Shown here: in pieces, positions 46,393-58,371 of the stretch
Layout of the letters: each line of letters begins with the position of its first letter
Numbering within the stretch: position 1 is the stretch's first letter
Assembly: GCA_030390025.1 (NCBI GenBank)
Contig: CM059425.1
Location: 170,564,001 to 170,628,000 of the forward strand
Length of the DNA: 64,000 nt
DNA from: Squalus acanthias
Lineage: Eukaryota
Reading direction: 5' to 3'
Notes under the pieces: generated by a model
Database searches by the model: none
Told to the model about the DNA's origin: nothing
Seen by the model: the letters and a program-made list of their open reading frames with translations, nothing else
Program-made: the position numbers and the translations under genes

Positions 46393-48659
46393 ATTGTCAT
46401 AGCAGCTTGAAACAAAATGTATATGTAGGTTTGCTCTTTTCCATTTCTTAAGTTTTAACTCATCATTAATGATTGGAATGGAAGGGAAAAGAGCCAACAG
46501 CACTGAGAAAGCCCATCAGAATTAGGTGTGGACTGCCTTTTTCGTTACTGACATCCCTACTGCAGAAATAATCTGGCCACGCAATTTATTCGAGAATGGA
46601 GGTGGGTAAATTTACAGTATAGAAGCAAATTTGCAGGGCTGTTGAGAGGCTTATATGTATTATAGTAGCATAATGACAGAAAATAATTACTCTTTGAATA
46701 TTGATGTTACATTTCTAATGCATCACTATTTCAGTGCTGGTTCTTTGTAAGACATTCTATTCAGGATACTGTCAGTTGCTTTTTTTCCCCTTACAAGGCC
46801 TTGAACTTTAACTGGAGTGTGTGGTTTCAATAAAAAACAGAGGAAACTGCTTTTATTGCAGGAAAAACATTAGGATGTTACAGTTTACTCCCTTGTCTTC
46901 CTTTAAGAGGTCCCCATTGATAGGTGGACACTGTTACCTTGAGAATTTACAAGTATGTGGCAGCCATGTGCTACAGTTCAAAAGTAGCATTTGGGACACC
47001 TTCAGTGAACAGATGATTTAACCGTTAGCCCACTAAGCTCTACTGTATTCCCAATGTGTGTAGTCCAAAGACCATCATTATGTCGCCAGTGGAAAATGTT
47101 GGAAAATAAATGCCTAATATTTATCTTTTAGCAAAACAAAGGAAAACTTTCAAAGGAAATAGTCCAAAATAACAATGGCATCCAATTCAAATTGTTTTAT
47201 TTTTCCTTTTCTTGCACAGTGGAGCAGTATTTTCCCCATGGTGAAGGCCTAGATTAAATCATTACTACATGTTTCTTTTTCCTATCAAGCACCCATGGTA
47301 ATGGCTCCCACCAAGGTTTAGATTCAGTTGTTACTCAATAATGGGGCCGGGCAGTGGCAGGAGTGAACCACATGCTGATTTCTCTCTCTTTCATTAGCCA
47401 TAAATCTAGGCAGAGAAAAGAAAGTTAGAAATGTTTTTTTCCCGCTGTCTCGTGCTTAATTCTTATTAGAACTGAGCAATAAAATTACTTATCCAGAAAA
47501 AGGCCCCTATGCACTTAGCCAAGAGGACATGCAGGCTTGTTAAAATATTTGTGTTATTTAAATGTAAAAAAGCATATTCCATTCCAGTGTGGTAATGGAT
47601 GAGAAAAATAAAACATTAAAGTTTAATATTTAGAGTAAAATCATTCCATTTGTTGCTAGTCTATCACTCCAGCCCCTGGATTGCCGACTTCTCCCCCTTT
47701 GACAAAATTCTGCCAGCTCACCTTTGCAGAGGAGGTACCGGATTTCTCACCTATCCCCAACCGGCAAGTTGCCTGTCAGCGTGCATTCAACGCTGGCAAC
47801 TCACCGATTTTATTTTTACTAAGGCAGCAAAATCGCTCGGGCCTCTCACATGTGGCATCAGGCAGATGGTGCAATTGCCCACCTGATGTTCGCTCCATTG
47901 CCAGGCATGACATTCTAGAGACACTTTGACCCCCCCCCCCCTACCCTCCCCACCCCACCCCAGAGGATATTCATACTAAGCCTGTGAAGGTTCTCAGGGG
48001 ACCCTCCACACCTTCTGCTGGGTTGTAGCCTTCGGGAAGTATTTACAATAAATAATTCCTGTTCTTGGTCAGGCCATTTGAGCAGTTGTGAAGTGTTGAA
48101 CTAAAGGGAGGGACAGAAGGGAAATCAATGAGGAAATGTTTTTTAAAGCATATTTCTTCCTGCTGTTATCTAACAAAATCATGTCAACATTAAATGTCCA
48201 CGGTCTACATACACTTTCTTAGTTGTGAAATCTTCTGTTTTTTTTATCCTAGAACATCACAGAGAAGCAGAAGCTCTCAGCAGACAGTGCACATGAATTG
48301 AGTGGTGTGCCTGAGTCCCACTGGCAATATGAACCAATATATGGAGGAGATTGGGGAATTTATATAGGTTGATAGGTTCCCAGTCAATTAATTTAGTATT
48401 CTGAAGATGAAGGCGGTCCCACTGAAAGCGATAACTTTGTTATAGACTCAGACCTCCTACTGAACCCAATAGAAAAGAGAAGCAGGGCTAAAAACAACTG
48501 TCAGTGAGAATCTTTCTTCAGTAGCCCTTGATAACATCTCACAGCAAATGTACAACGGCTGATCAGCCGGCTGTGACTTTTGCTGGTGGTTACATTGCTT
48601 GTGCTCATGTGTCTCACCCTGCTAACTCTGTGGTGTCTGTGCTGAACAAGGAAAAGTGT

Positions 48660-49225
48660 ACATAGAATTTACAGCACAGAAACAGGCCATTCAGCTCAAC
48701 TGGTCTATGCCGGTGTTTATGCTCCACATGAGCCTCCTCCCACCCTACTTCTGCATATCCTTCTATTCCTTTCTCACTCATATTTATACAGCTTACCATT
48801 AAATGCATCTATGCTAGTCACCTCAACAACAAAAACAACAACAACAACTTGTATTTATATAGCACCTTTAACGTAACAATATGTCCCAAGGCACTTCACA
48901 GGAGTGTTAGCAAACAAAATTTGACACCGAGCCACATATTAGGACAGATGGCCAAAAGCTTGGTCAAAGAGGTAGGTTTTAAGAAGCGTCTTAAAAGAGG
49001 GGAGAGAAGTAGAGAAGTAGGGAGGGAATATCCAGAGACAGGAGAGAGGGTAAAGAGAAAAGAAGAACAAAGGGGAAATAGGAGTGATGGGCTTCGGTCC
49101 ACACTCTAACCACTCTCTGGCTAAAGAGTTTCTCCTGAATTCCTTATTGGATTTATTAGTGATGATCTTATATTTATGACCCCTAGTTTTGGATTCCCCC
49201 ACAAGTGGAAACATCTTCTCTACAG
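48660..49225 (-). mobile_element. CR1 3' fragment interrupted by an L2 3' tail (about 48825-49095)
   Basis: MFPLVGESKTRGHKYKI at 49214 on -; the (AAC)n-TTGTATTTATATAGCACC L2 tail lies in the middle. Confidence 0.75.
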
Positions 49226-51344
49226 GTAGCTCTGCTGTTCAGGTTCTGAAAAGGCTTGGATTTAGGAGTGTGGAAGGGGCTAGTAGCCTGTATTATAAAT
49301 GTTCGGCACTTTGACTGCCTTGCAGTGGGTTACCTATGACTCAATTGAGGTCTACTTCAGACTTTCTCATCCACTTCCCCCTGCTAAAGAAGTAGTTTGG
49401 GTTGAGCGAGTAAAAGCACATGTTGCTCTGGATGTTGCATCCGTAAGACATGCAAAACTTATCTTTAATACTGAAAGTATCATGTCTGTAATGAAGCATG
49501 TTGTTGAATTTTTGCAAAGGAAGGTTGCAGAATATTTTAGCTTCATCAATTCCAATTCTGAATAAAGAACAATTGCCCAAAAAATAAATGTAGCCCAAGA
49601 GGAGGGTCTCAGAAAGTTACAACAGCTACTATGATAAAGTCACCATTATCCAGGGGAAACAAATAGGTGAATCTGGATGACAGACAATAGAGGGAGTACA
49701 TCAGGATAACAACTCTAATACCAAAAGATTCCCAGTAACAACCTCGATAACAGGAGACTCCCAGTTCAGAGAATAACAGCTCTGACACAGGAGTTTCCCA
49801 GTACCACAGAATAACCTGATACCACCAGACTCTTAGGCCTAGAAGTTCAGGTGGCATGGTGGGTATAGGGTACTGACTTAGCACCTGAAAAACGAGCGCT
49901 GCATGGCCAAATGCTAGGCCTTAGTACCTCAAAAAATTACCCTAACACAGAAAACTTGCATACTGCAGGGTAATAACCGTACTGCTAGGATTCTGTGTTA
50001 CAATATCCAGAACCACAGTGCCAGCAATAGGAGGATCAGACCAGTACCCACTCAGATAAGCTAGAGAAGAGATGTGTGCACCTCAATAGGAGATGAAACA
50101 CAGCAGACTCTGCAGAAAAATAACAGAACTCATCCCAATTGTCTTAGGTGAATGTGGATGACAGGCAATAGAGGGAATTCAAATGATGATTGTTTGGTTC
50201 AGAAGTCAATATTACAATCTCTAAGCTACTGCCACCGATAAAATTCAGGTATGTGATTGAGGATTTCAAACCCCTGAGAGTAAATAGACAGTAAAGACTG
50301 CTACACACAAAAACTGGCTGCTGATATAGCAGCATATTTACTTATTGTAAAGGTAGCAAGTGATCCATCAAAGCTGCCAATTTTACAATAAATAAATAAT
50401 TTAAAATGCATTTAGTAATTTGATATGCCAGCTCCCTGTCTGAGTTGGTGCCCTGCTGTGTCAGGAACTGTTGGATTTTGTTTTCATTTTTAGTTGCTTA
50501 TACGGCAAGTTCACAAATTGGGGAATGAGATTTGAAAAGCTTATTTCAATTGTGCTATCAGTAGCCTTCTCTGGAACATAAAGGGTGGTTAAATAAAATG
50601 TACCTTCATAAATAGCTGTTATACCAGGCACACCTCTAGCTGAATATTGTGATTCTGAATCATCTCACTTTCTTCTCACCTAGGAATTCAGCTCATTCTC
50701 TCAGAAAGTCCTTCTTGACCTCCATTTAGGACACTTTAACCTTTAACCCACATTCACCAGTTTACACATCCACCTGAGAGAGGACTGGTCAGAATTACTA
50801 AGACTTATTTTATGAACACTTCCCAAACTTACTCAGCAGTATAGTTACAATATACCGAAGTATCCCAAGATTACTTTAATAATAGCAAATTGATACAGTT
50901 CCTTCAAATATATGGTTTAGATCTATATCTCATGTTATTAAACAAAAAATAAGTGAAGATTTAATTGACATCTAAAGGCCCACTTGTAGTACAGGTACAG
51001 GCATAAAATGCTGCAAAACCAGCAGTCTTTTTGTTACACTATCAGCTCCATATCACTCTCCACCCAGGCAAAGCAGAGCTCTGTGAATGCATGCTTGCAA
51101 ACAGGCAAGCTCTGCTCTCGTCAACGTTCTGTTAACATGAAAAAAGTTAAAAATAAGTTTCAAAAAGCCAAATCAATTAGGAACTTTTTAAACTTCACTT
51201 TGCTTCAGACATAGTAATATTATAGTTGATGTAAAGTCTCAGCAGTGTGAGGCTGCCTCTTTGAGTTAATCTCACATTGATGCAAAAACGTAAAGCATTA
51301 TCCGTTCGATAACTTCACGACAGAGCTATACCCCAAATTTTATG

Positions 51345-52020
51345 GAAAGATAGGAACAGGAGTAGGCCATTCAGCGCCTTGAGCCTGTTCTACCATTTAA
51401 TCAGATCATGGACGATCTGTACCTCAGCTCCATTTACCAGCTTTTGATCCATATCCTTTGATACCCTTACCTACAAGAAAATCCATTGATCTCAGGCTTC
51501 AAAATTTCAATTGACCCAGCATCCATTACATTCCATTAGTCTTTTTGATTGTGTTTTACACCTGTGCACTAGCGTTTAGTGATTTGTGTAAATAGACACC
51601 CAATCCCTTTACTCCTCCACAGTTCCTAGTCCCTAGGCATTTAGAAAATATTTTGATTTGCCATTCTTGAGTCCAAAGTGGATGACTTCACATTTGCCCA
51701 CATGGAACTCCACCTTACACAGTTCTGCTCATTCACTTAATCTATGTATCCTTTGCAACTTATGACCATCCTCCCCACAGCTTTCTTCCTTATACTCACT
51801 CTACTTCCTTTACCTGTATCTCTCTATCTGTTATGACTGTGTCCTGGAGTAAACTATCCAGATATTCCTCCCCCTCCCTTATGTGTCGGGATGTCTCTAA
51901 CCCGTGCTCCAGCTCAACATCTCTGAGGCAGAGTGACTCGAGACACAGACATTTCCCACAGATGTGGGCATCCAGGTCAGCCTCACAAATTCTCACATTC
52001 AGCAATCCCGACACACTGCC
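51345..52020 (-). mobile_element. CR1 fragments: 3' tail, RT piece and ORF1 N-terminus
   Basis: HICGKCLCLESLCLRDVELEHGLETSRHIREGEEYLDSL (51796-52014) resembles the zinc-finger/leucine-zipper region of CR1 ORF1. Confidence 0.65.
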
Positions 52021-52370
52021 TCTGCTGCCATTATCTATTATTTGTTTGTTTATTTATTTATTGTTGCAGTTATTTATTCATCTATTTCCAGTGCTAACTG
52101 ATTCACCTTTAATATTAATTAATGATTGTTAGCTGGATTTAATTTGTTTTCTTTTAGTTACTCTTATTGCTCTATTTAGTTTATTTAGCCTATTCCATCT
52201 GTTGTAGATGTCAGTTTTTATTTATTTATCATTTACTTACTTAAAAATGTTAGTTAGGCTTTTGTCCTTGCCTCTTATTTAGTACTTTCTAATTTTTTAA
52301 GTTTAGTAGCTCTTTAATAATCTATTAAATAGTTAAGTATTTAATGTGTGAATAAATAATTAAACGCTTA

Positions 52371-52962
52371 AGCCGCGAAATTAGGAGGTTTGCGCCGGCT
52401 ATTAAGGCCTATTTTGCTGAAAAAATTGGCAGCCAGCTCGCTTCCGCCCGCTTCCAGCGTGGAACACAGCGGCCGCCATTTTGGGCAGGTCGGCAGCGCT
52501 GCCGTTGCCTGCGCTTGCCGCCCACATTTAAATGCTACAAATCATGATTTTCAACATCGCTGCTCTTGATACCGCCCTCTCCAAACCACACATGGAAGAA
52601 CGTGTGTGCAGCAGTACAACAGAGACATTGCCAGCGCTTCTTAAAGCGACACATACAACTTTCAAGTAAGTTTAGATTTTTGCTTTTGGACTGTTTTTTG
52701 TTTACATTTTATTGGAATTGTGGCTTGGTGCAATACAGTTAAAAAGTTGTTAGAGTGCAGTTGGTGCAGGGAGTGCTGCTGGACATTTGCAAGGCTTTGG
52801 CTGTTAAAGGAAGGCCTCAGAACACCACTTTCTCCCAGTCCTGGGGGCTGGAATTGCAGTCCTCCTTGGGCTGCAGCATCACATGGAGATGAGCAAAGGC
52901 AGCAAAGGGGACAAGCTGCTCGCAGAGGGAGGAGGAAGCAGAAGAGGAGGAAGCAGCACCTG
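52371..52962. mobile_element. Harbinger end fragment truncated by Penelope
   Basis: Abrupt AT-to-GC transition at AGCCGCGAAATT; purine-rich transposase-like N-terminus at about 52880-52960. Confidence 0.45.
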
Positions 52963-53277
52963 CTTCACCCTCACCAGCCTCCACATTCAACAGATCATCC
53001 TCTGCCATTTCCGCCACCTCCAGCATGATCCCACCACCAAACACATCTTCCCCTCCCCTCTCCTTTCAGCATTCTGAAGGGACCGTTCTCTCTGCAACAC
53101 CCTGGTCCACTCATCAATCACCCCCAACAGCCCCTCCCCTTCTCACGGCACTTTCCCGTGCAAGCGCAGGAGATGCAACACTTGCCCTTTTACCTCCTCC
53201 CTTCCCACCATCAAGGGCCCCAAACACTCCTTCCAGGTGAAACAGTGATCTACTTGTACTTCTTTCAATTTAGTATA

Positions 53278-53745
53278 AATCAAGAAGCTCAACACCATCC
53301 AGGACAAAGTAGCCCGTTTGATTGGCACCCCATCCACCACCTTAAACATTCACTCCCTCCACCACTGGCGTACCGTGACTGTAGTGTGTACTATTTACAA
53401 GATGCACTGCAGCAATTCGCCAAGGCTTCTTCGGCAGCACCTTCCAAACCCACGACCTCTTCCACCTAGAAGGACAAGGGCAGCAGGTGCATGGGAACAC
53501 CACCACCTCCAAGTTCCCCTCCAAGTCACACACCATCCTGACTTAGAAGTATATCGCCGATCCTTCATCGTCGCTGGGTCAAAATCCTGGAACTCCCTAA
53601 CAGCACTGTGGGAGTACCTTCACCACAGGGACTGCAGCGGTTCAAGACGGCGGCTCACCACCCACCTTCTTAAGGGCAACTAGGGATGGGCAATAAATGC
53701 TGGCCTCACCAGAGACGCCAAGATCCCATAAGCGAATAAAAAAAA
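53278..53745 (+). mobile_element. 3' fragment of the CR1-group LINE family of 5934-7748
   Basis: LHHWRTVTVVCTIYKMHCSNSPRLLRQHLP...SWNSL; tail GGGCAATAAATGC...GAATAAAAAAAA. Confidence 0.88.
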
Positions 53746-54279
53746 ATACTGTATTCGTTGCTCATGATGCAGTCTCCTCTACATTGGGGAGACCAAACAC
53801 AGATTGAGTGACCGCTTTGTGGAACACCTTTATTCAGTCCGTAAGCATGACCCCGAGCTTCCGGTTGCCTGTCACTTTAATTCTCCGCTTCATTCCCACT
53901 CTGACCTCTCCATCCTCGGCCTCTTACACTGTTCCAACGAAGCTCAACGGAAGTTCGAGGAGCAGCACTTCATCTTTCTATTAAGCACTTTACAGCCTTC
54001 CAGACTCAACATTGAGTTCAACTAGTTCAGATCATAATCTCTGCCCCCATTTTTCCAGATGGCAGCTGTTGATGATTCTGCTATTCCCATTTACAAATCC
54101 TCTAGACTCATCTTTTATTCTTTTACTTGGCCCATTACCATCTCCTTTTGCCTTGCACCATCATCCCTTTTGTCTTTTAATCTCTCCTGCCTTCCACCTT
54201 ATCACAGACTTTCCCATTTGTTCTTTCCTCCCCTCCCCCTTTCCCTGCTTAAAAATTTGTTCCATCTCCAACTTTTTCC

Positions 54280-54316
54280 AGTTCTGACGAAGGGTCATCG
54301 ACCTGAAACATTAACT
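54280..54316 (+). ncRNA. Minimal hammerhead ribozyme motif (stem III CpG decayed)
   Basis: AGTT-CTGACGA-A-GGGTC-atc-GACCT-GAAA-CATT-AACT. Confidence 0.65.
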
Positions 54317-55334
54317 CTGTTTCTCTCTCTACAGATGCTGCCTGATCTGCTGAGTATTTCCAGCACTTTCTGTTTTTATTTCAGATTACCAGCATCCGCA
54401 GTATTTTGCTTTAGTATCTAATTAACACCTGGCCAGCGACCTACAGTTAACTGCCAACTAACTTGCAATTTTTAAAATTAAAAACTAACCTTAAATTCCA
54501 ATTTATGCTGATACAAGTTCAAAACTGTTTTGCAATGAGAAATTTGTACTATAACTGGTTTATAACAATTCTGCCACTTGAGTGAGATTTCTGCAATGCA
54601 GGATCTTTCATGAAATCATCGGCATGTCCGTATAATGGTATCAAAATCACATAGATGTTGAGAATTACTTCTGATTGTGTTCCTCTGTAGGTAATAACAC
54701 TGAGATGATATAATTAGATGTTGGTGGAATTAAATCACACATTTCTCTAGCTATTCATTTATATGTTACGATATGGATTTTTCTCATTATTTCTCAATGG
54801 TGTTAGAGCAGAATGTGTCGAGCAATCTGACCACATTGTTACACTTCAACACTGTTAAAAGAACAGGAGGCATTTAAAGGAAAGACTGACAAAAATATTA
54901 TTCAGTTATGGGCTGGTTTGTGTTGCGCAACTTAATAATGTTATCGTTTCAAAATTTACAATAAAGATTAATTTATAAAACAGACTGAAATATGACAGAT
55001 GCCACGTTTCAGTGGTGAGCTGTTTCAATCTATTATCAACTGTTATTCAGTTAGGTTCAACTCTTTTATAGCTGCTCCCTACAAGTTTCCTCAGTCCTAA
55101 GGCACTTCTCAAAATAATGTTGACTTTTAAATAAACTTCAGCTTGCATTTGCTTTTATGTGCTGAGTAATGAAAATGTAAAGTTGTCAGCTAAATGTGTG
55201 TCACAGAGGAGACCAACTTTAAATAATTAAATCTAAGTAATTAGTGACAACTACAGCTTTTTTTTGTTGTAGAATTGCTTTCGGATTGAAAGAATTATCC
55301 CTGAAATTTGGAAACAAGTCTTAAGCAAAATTTA

Positions 55335-56065
55335 GTCGCACCACTTAAGTGCCAGGCAATGACCATCTCGAACAAGAGAGAGCCTATCCAACTCCCCTTG
55401 ACATCCAATGGCATTACTATCACCAAGCCCCACACCATGAATATCCTGAGGGTCTGCATTGACCAGAAACTCAACTGGACCAGCCACACAAATGCCGTAG
55501 CAGGTCAGAGGACGGGTATTCTGTGGTGAGTGACTCACCTCCTGACTCCCCAAAGCCCCTCCATGGATCAGGACTGTGATGGATACTCTGGATGGATACT
55601 ACGAACACTTGTCTGGATGGTGCAGCTGCAACAACACTTAAGAAGTTGGACCCTATTCAGGACAAAGCAGCCCACTTGACTGGCACTTAATTCACTGATT
55701 TAAACATCCACCCTCTCCACCACCGGGATACCATGGCAACAGTGTGTACTAACTACAAAATGCACTGCAGCAACTCGCTAAGACTTCTTCGGCAGTACTT
55801 GCCCAACCTCCAACACCTAGAAGGACAAGGGCAGCAAGTGCATGGGAGTACTATCACCTCCAAATTCCTGTCAAAGTCACACAACATTCTTCATCGTCGC
55901 TGGGTCAAAATCCTACCCAACAGCATTGTGGAAGCACCTTATCCACCTGGGCTGCAATGGTTCAAAACAAAGGCTCACCAGCACCTTCTAAGGGCAGCTA
56001 GGGATGGGCAATAAAGGCCACCCTTGCCAGCAATGTCCACATCCCGAGAATGAATAAAAGAAAAT
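55335..56065 (+). mobile_element. Older 3' fragment of the same CR1-group LINE
   Basis: APLKCQAMTISNKRE...IDQKLNWTSH...YKMHCSNSLRLLRQYLP, with the shared tail. Confidence 0.82.
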
Positions 56066-56212
56066 CACTCATGTTATGGTAAAATGGCAAATTATAAACA
56101 GTATCAAAAATCTATAATTCCTCACCACACAATGGCAAGACCACCAATTTAAATATAGAAACATGGGAAAGCAGTTTGTGGGATATCATTGTGCTGACAT
56201 GATGGATTCATA

Positions 56213-56351
56213 GGCCCTGAAATTCTGTGAGGCTTTTCCCAGCCTCGCAGCGTAGCTGTGCTGTGCGACCGGCAGATTCCCCCGAAGGAAAAGGCACAAA
56301 CATCCAAAGTTACAACAGGAGACCAGAAGAATCCTTACAGATTTCAGGGCC
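56213..56351. mobile_element. 139-bp Harbinger-type MITE
   Basis: TIR GGCCCTGAAATTCTGTGAGG / CCTTACAGATTTCAGGGCC; flanks ATA/ACA. Confidence 0.8.
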
Positions 56352-56517
56352 ACAGGGTTAAATTTCTGCAGGGCTTCTCCCACTCATGCACTGAAACTTC
56401 GGCAGAAGAGCCATGACAATCCGGAAAAATAGTGTAAACACTGTTTCACCTCTAGGCAATGACCCATTTGAATTGGAGCTGGGGAAAGTGGTAGATTCAT
56501 CAATTAGAGGTATCCTG

Positions 56518-56632
56518 TCAGCATGGTCCAGTTGGTAGCACTCTTACCTCTGAGTCAAGAGTTTGTAGGTTCAAACCCCATAATGGAATTGAGCAGATAA
56601 CCTAGACTGGCACTTCAGTGCAGTACTGAGGG
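56518..56632 (+). mobile_element. Deu-type SINE tRNA-like head
   Basis: TGGTCCAGTTGGTAGC (A box), GGTTCAAACCCC (B box), then CAGTGCAGTACTGAGGG. Confidence 0.7.
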
Positions 56633-57196
56633 TTGTGAAGTTTCCAGTTTGGTAATGAGCGCTCTTATACAAAGCATTTCCCGTTCACCTGTGACACAGT
56701 TAAATGACAATGCTGTACTATCACTATATTGGGTCAATGTATCCTATCCCTTTCTTGCTTCAGCAGTATTATATTTTCAGTCTTCACATTCAGTCATGTT
56801 CGGAGTTCACATTGTTAAATTAAGAGACAATGTTATGGTAGACTTGTGTTATGGACTAATGCCCACTACTAAATAAAATGAGACAGACAGCACAGACATT
56901 ATGGCCGGGCTTTTCTGTACCTGGGCGGGTCGGATGCAGGTGGTCGCCGTGGTGGTTCGCAACCCCAGTCCTCATTCCATTCCGATCCTGAGATCGACTT
57001 TCCCTTAATGGTGCCTATTAAGGCAGCAGTTTGCGTTACCCATCCCAATTAAATGGTGCAGGTCTGATGACGTCATTGATGAAGCGTTTTTAGCCGGGAT
57101 ATTTAAAGGAGTCATGGCCACATTGCATTTGAAGGTTCATCTAGGATACTGCAGGCACTGCACTGCACCATTGGAGTGTTCCAAACACTTGCAGAC

Positions 57197-58371
57197 ATGA
57201 CTGCACAGAGGCAGAGGGCTGCACCCAGGTTCTCAGATGACTCCCTCCATATGTTTGTGGAGGGAGTCAGAGCATGCAGGGAGGTCCTCATCCCTTCGAA
57301 TGGATGGAAGAGACCTCTCCAGCAGACCAAAGGAGCCTGGCTTCAAATAGCAGAGGAGGTCAACAGCAGGGATGTGGTCAGGAGGACCTGGGTGCAGTGC
57401 CGCAAACGTTTCAATTATCTCATTAGATCAGGAAAGGTGAGTACAAAGCCAGACTCAACTTCATCCTGCTGTGCCTCTCATCACATCCCCATCACTCTGC
57501 CTTCCCAACCCTACTCATGCACATCCTTACTCACACCAACATATCTTGCATATCCACCCATCCCTCTCTCTCTATCTACATTATCACATCCCCATGTGAC
57601 TAACCACCCCTCACACTCACCCTCATCCTAATGCAATCATACCAACTAACAACACACAAAGAGACCATTTGGCATTGGCACCCCACTCCATCATAGTCAC
57701 CCTCTAAAAATGTAACCCATCCATTCCTTACACTCATTCCATCACTCTCACTCAAGCTTCTCTTCTTTGCTTCCTTGCAGGAGAAGAGAGCCCACAATAA
57801 GAGGGAGAGAACTGGAGGTGGCCCTCCATCATTGGCCACCTTAATTGCAGTAGAGGAGGTCGCTCTGGAAGTCTCAGGAGGCACAGAGCAGCTGGAGATG
57901 GGAGACGGAGAGAGGGGGGCATCTCAGCAACCTGGTGACAGAATTACATCCCATACAACCACATGGCATACAGCAGTCACTCATATGGGGAATGATGTCA
58001 GCAGCCATTGAATGGTCATCATGTGCATAATGGTATCATTACCCAGTCTTGATCTGACATTTCTAAGTCATCTCTTTACTCTCCCACAAGTCCATCAAGA
58101 GGCCCCCACCCCCCAGCTTTCCAGGAGGAAGAGAAAGACGACTCCTCAGAGGAGCCTCCCCCCTGAGGGCGCACCATCACCAGACATGAGCGCACCCAGC
58201 ACCAGCGCAGATACACACACCTCAGTGGGTCCCACACGAGAGAGAGTAGTGTTGTCACCTGGTGTGTCACAAGTCACAAGTGAGCAAGAGGAGATGGTGG
58301 AAACAGGGACAGCAGTGGAGACAGTCTGGCGCAGCATATGGCAGCCGTATGAGTGTAATGTCTGCAGTTAA
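57197..58371 (+). CDS. Harbinger Myb/SANT-like DNA-binding protein, spliced (57197-57436, 57781-57934, possibly 58091-58371)
   Basis: MTAQRQRAAPRFSDDSL...AWLQIAEEVNSR..RTWVQCRKRFNYLIRSGK|EKRAHNKRERTGGGPP; donor AAG|GTGAGT and acceptor TTCCTTGCAG| join in phase 0; exon 3 is less certain. Confidence 0.8.

Larger units (their letters stand above)
52963..54415 (+). mobile_element. Penelope-like element (family 1), interrupted by a LINE 3' fragment
   Basis: Colinear with 29105-30117; the GIY-YIG NLV|YCIRC..LYIGET is split by 53278-53745. Confidence 0.92.

Noticed and set aside
48253..48510. Host exon after the polypyrimidine-TAG acceptor at 48252
   Set aside because: Short frame, weak donor and no recognisable protein.
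9459..50040. V(D)J recombination signal sequences
   Set aside because: CACAGTG heptamers near 9459, 21781, 23020 and 50014 lack a nonamer at 12 or 23 bp, and no Ig/TCR segments are seen.
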